Source: an uncultured Gemmatimonadales bacterium
Lineage (GTDB): Bacteria > Gemmatimonadota > Gemmatimonadetes > Longimicrobiales > RSA9
NCBI GenBank assembly: GCA_963708135.1
Contig: OY970192.1
Span: 1,216,001-1,280,000 of the forward strand
Direction: 5' to 3'
DNA length: 64,000 nucleotides
Position 1 is the first letter of the stretch, and every line of letters begins with the position of its first letter. The notes under the pieces were generated by a model. That model was not told the DNA's origin. It saw only the letters and a list, made by a program, of their open reading frames with translations, and made no database searches. Both the position numbers and the translations under genes were made by a program. Below, in pieces: positions 61,504 through 64,000 of the stretch.

Positions 61504-63723
61504 ATGGGCCGCCGGCGCGGGCGGCCCGGGGGGGAGACCGACGTCGTGGCTACCAGCGAAGCCGTTCCCGCCGCGCCGGCGCCCCATGCGCCGGTCGGCG
61601 GATCTCCGCAGCAAGAGCACGCCTTCATCTCGACCGTCCTCGACACGATCGGGTCGCTCGTCATCGTCCTGGACAGGGACGGCCGCATCGTGCTGTTCAA
61701 CCGGGCCTGCGAGGCGCTCACCGGCTACACCTCCGACGAGTTGCTCGGCCGCGTCTTCTGGGAGGTGCTCGTCCTGCCGCGGGAGCTGGCCGGCGTGCGC
61801 GAGGTGTTCTCGCGCCTGACCGCCGGCCAGTTCCCGAACCAGCACGAGAACTTCTGGATCTGCCGCACCGGGGAGCTTCGGCTGGTGGCGTGGTCGAACA
61901 CGGCGTTGGTGAACGAGGCGGGGGACGTCGCCTACGTCATCGGGACCGGGCTCGACATCACCGAGCAGCGGGAGGCGGAGGAGCGCAAGCAGGGGCTGAT
62001 CCGGGAGCAGGCGGCGCGCGCGGAGGCCGAGGCCGCGGCCCGGCGGATCCACGAGACGCTCGAGAGCATCACCGACGGCTTCTTCGCGGTGGACCACGAG
62101 TGGCGGCTGACCTACCTGAATGGAGAGGCCGAGCGGCTGATGCGCAGGCGGCGCGAGGAGGTCCTGGGTCGCGACGTCTGGGACGTGCTCAGGAACGCGG
62201 CCGGCTCGCGCTTCTTCTACGCCTGCCACCGCGCGCTGACGGAGGGCATCACCTGCCAGGTCGAGGAGTACTATGCGGCCACGCACCGCTGGTTCGACAG
62301 CCGGATCTATCCGTCGAGCAACGGCCTTTCGGTCTTCTTCCAGGAGGTCACGCAACGAAAGCGGACGGAGGACGCGCAGCGCTGCCTGGTCGAGGCCGGC
62401 AACCTGCTGTCGGCCTCCCTCGACCACGAGGCGACGCTCAAGAGCGTGGCCCGCCTGGTCGGGCGCAGCATGGCCGATATCTGCATCGTCGATATCGTCG
62501 AGCCGAGCGGCGAGGCACGCCGCCTCGAGGTCGCCGCGGCCCGCCCGGAGCAGGCCGAGGTCGCCGCCCGGCTGGCGCGCTATCCGCTCCGCGGCCGCAC
62601 CCGGCACCTCGTCCTGAAGGCGCTCCGCACCGCTCGCTCTCAGCTCATGCCGCACGTGGAGGAGGACTACGTGCGCAGCATCGCCCAGGGACCCGAGCAC
62701 CTCGAGCTCCTGCTCTCGCTCGACATCCGCTCCCTCATGGTCGTCCCGCTCCTCGCCCGCGGGCGCATCCTCGGCGCGCTCAGCTTCCTCCGCTCCGAGG
62801 GCGCGGCCCCCTACGACGCCCAGGATCTGCTGCTCGCCGAGGAGATCGCGCGCCGCGCGGCCGCGGCCATTGACAACGCCCGCCTGTACCGCGAGGCGCA
62901 GCAGGCGGTGCTCGCCCGCGACGAGGTGCTGGCTGTCGTCTCGCACGACCTCGGCAACGCGCTCCAGGGCATCATCATGGGCGCCAACATGCTCGCCGGC
63001 GCGGTGGACGCGGAAGGCAAGGCGCCGTACTACGTCGAGGCGATCCGGCGCTCGGCCGACCGCATGGAGCGCCTCATCCACGACCTTCTCGAGCTGCACC
63101 GCCTGGAGGCCAGGCAGTTCTCGATCGAGCGCCGCCCGGCCGGCCTGCTGCCGCTCCTCCACGAGGCGTGCCAGGTGCTCGCGCCGCTCGCCTACGCCAA
63201 GTCGATCGAGCTCGTGGTGTTGCCGGAGATCGGCGTGGTCCCCGAATTCCCGCTCGATGCCGGCCGCATCCTGCAGGTCCTCTCCAACCTGATCGGCAAC
63301 GCCATCAAGTTCACGCCCGAGAACGGACGGGTCACCGTCGCGGTCGAGCCGCTGGGAGAGGTCGTGCGCGTCTGGGTCCGCGACAACGGGCCCGGCATCC
63401 CGGAGGACATGAAGCCGCACGTGTTCGACCGCTTCTGGCAGGCGCGTCGCACCCGCCGCAAGGGCATCGGCCTCGGGCTCGCCATCGCCAAGGGGATCGT
63501 CGACGCGCACGGTGGACGGATCGGCGTGGACAGCGAGGAAGGGAAGGGGAGCGCCTTCTGGTTCACCCTCCCCCGCGCCGCCGAGCTCCCCCGCTCGACG
63601 CCTGTCGCGCAGGTGCTCGGCCGCCCGTCGGCTCCCGAGTCGGCTCCGCGCGCCCCCGACGAGGATCCGGCTGGCGCCCAGTCCGGCGCGAGCCCCGCCA
63701 CATCAGGCCGGGGCCCGCGTTAG
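61504..63723 (+). CDS. Cytoplasmic PAS-PAS-GAF sensor histidine kinase
   Basis: Two PAS domains, GAF, 'VSHDLGN.L', 'NLIGNAIKFT', 'DNGPGI', 'GLGLAI'; start uncertain. Confidence 0.92.
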   Translation: MGRRRGRPGGETDVVATSEAVPAAPAPHAPVGGSPQQEHAFISTVLDTIGSLVIVLDRDGRIVLFNRACEALTGYTSDELLGRVFWEVLVLPRELAGVREVFSRLTAGQFPNQHENFWICRTGELRLVAWSNTALVNEAGDVAYVIGTGLDITEQREAEERKQGLIREQAARAEAEAAARRIHETLESITDGFFAVDHEWRLTYLNGEAERLMRRRREEVLGRDVWDVLRNAAGSRFFYACHRALTEGITCQVEEYYAATHRWFDSRIYPSSNGLSVFFQEVTQRKRTEDAQRCLVEAGNLLSASLDHEATLKSVARLVGRSMADICIVDIVEPSGEARRLEVAAARPEQAEVAARLARYPLRGRTRHLVLKALRTARSQLMPHVEEDYVRSIAQGPEHLELLLSLDIRSLMVVPLLARGRILGALSFLRSEGAAPYDAQDLLLAEEIARRAAAAIDNARLYREAQQAVLARDEVLAVVSHDLGNALQGIIMGANMLAGAVDAEGKAPYYVEAIRRSADRMERLIHDLLELHRLEARQFSIERRPAGLLPLLHEACQVLAPLAYAKSIELVVLPEIGVVPEFPLDAGRILQVLSNLIGNAIKFTPENGRVTVAVEPLGEVVRVWVRDNGPGIPEDMKPHVFDRFWQARRTRRKGIGLGLAIAKGIVDAHGGRIGVDSEEGKGSAFWFTLPRAAELPRSTPVAQVLGRPSAPESAPRAPDEDPAGAQSGASPATSGRGPR

Positions 63724-63837
63724 TCCGGCAATCGCCGCGAGCAGGCCCGTGTGCGGGCGCACGAACTGGAGCGCCCGACGGCCGCCGCTGGCGCTCGCAT
63801 CGGCGCCGCTCCGGGTTCACGCCCGAGACGCCGCGCC

Positions 63838-63999
63838 TCAGCGCGCCGCCGCGATGATCCCGTAGCTGCGGACCGCGAGCGCGCCGTCGGCGACGGGACC
63901 CACGATCCAGACCTTCGCGCCCGTCCAGCGCGCCAGGTCCGCGGGCGCGCCCTCCAGCCGCAGCGTGTCCGCTCCCGCCAGCAGCAGCGTGCCCCCGGC
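63838..63999 (-). CDS. Hypothetical protein, 3' end only
   Basis: Open frame with host-like codons: ...LRLEGAPADLARWTGAKVWIVGPVADGALAVRSYGIIAAAR*. Confidence 0.5.
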   Translation of the reverse strand, partial: AGGTLLLAGADTLRLEGAPADLARWTGAKVWIVGPVADGALAVRSYGIIAAAR

Positions 64000-64000
64000 C

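Overview
Very GC-rich bacterial DNA. The gene content (HEAT-repeat proteins, TPR-like hypotheticals, heptamer intergenic repeats) looks like Gemmatimonadota or a similar lineage; this is an impression, not tested. Left to right: (1) the 3' part of a Tad/Flp pilus operon (cpaE, cpaF/tadA, tadB, tadC, DUF192, AAA ATPase) running into a signalling block (REC-HD-GYP, hybrid kinase, membrane GGEEF). (2) A roughly 10 kb block of envelope-modification genes: prenyltransferase-repeat protein, Tat-exported DUF362, two PAP2/AUR1-like proteins, four GT-C-like membrane proteins. Part of it has atypical codon usage, and an orphan TadG-like pseudopilin follows. (3) A minus-strand operon resembling a synthase-dependent exopolysaccharide system: HEAT, GT2, TPR, TPR-glycoside hydrolase, TPR-beta-barrel. 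(4) Two paralogous pseudo-receiver/degenerate-GGDEF genes, each divergent from a glycan operon and each preceded by the same palindrome CGTTAC-N9-GTAACG; this is the best candidate for an undescribed regulatory system here. (5) More diguanylate cyclases (one frameshifted), an orphan Flp pilin with a Gly/Pro tail, a CPBP protease, MarR/VOC, FetAB-like and ZnuCB-like transporters, an M1 aminopeptidase, a CDP-alcohol phosphatidyltransferase, ROK-tkt-pgl, an ECF sigma/anti-sigma/HEAT-repeat module and a PAS-PAS-GAF kinase. I saw no rRNA, tRNA, CRISPR array or transposase. All product calls come from motif recognition by eye; no database search was run.
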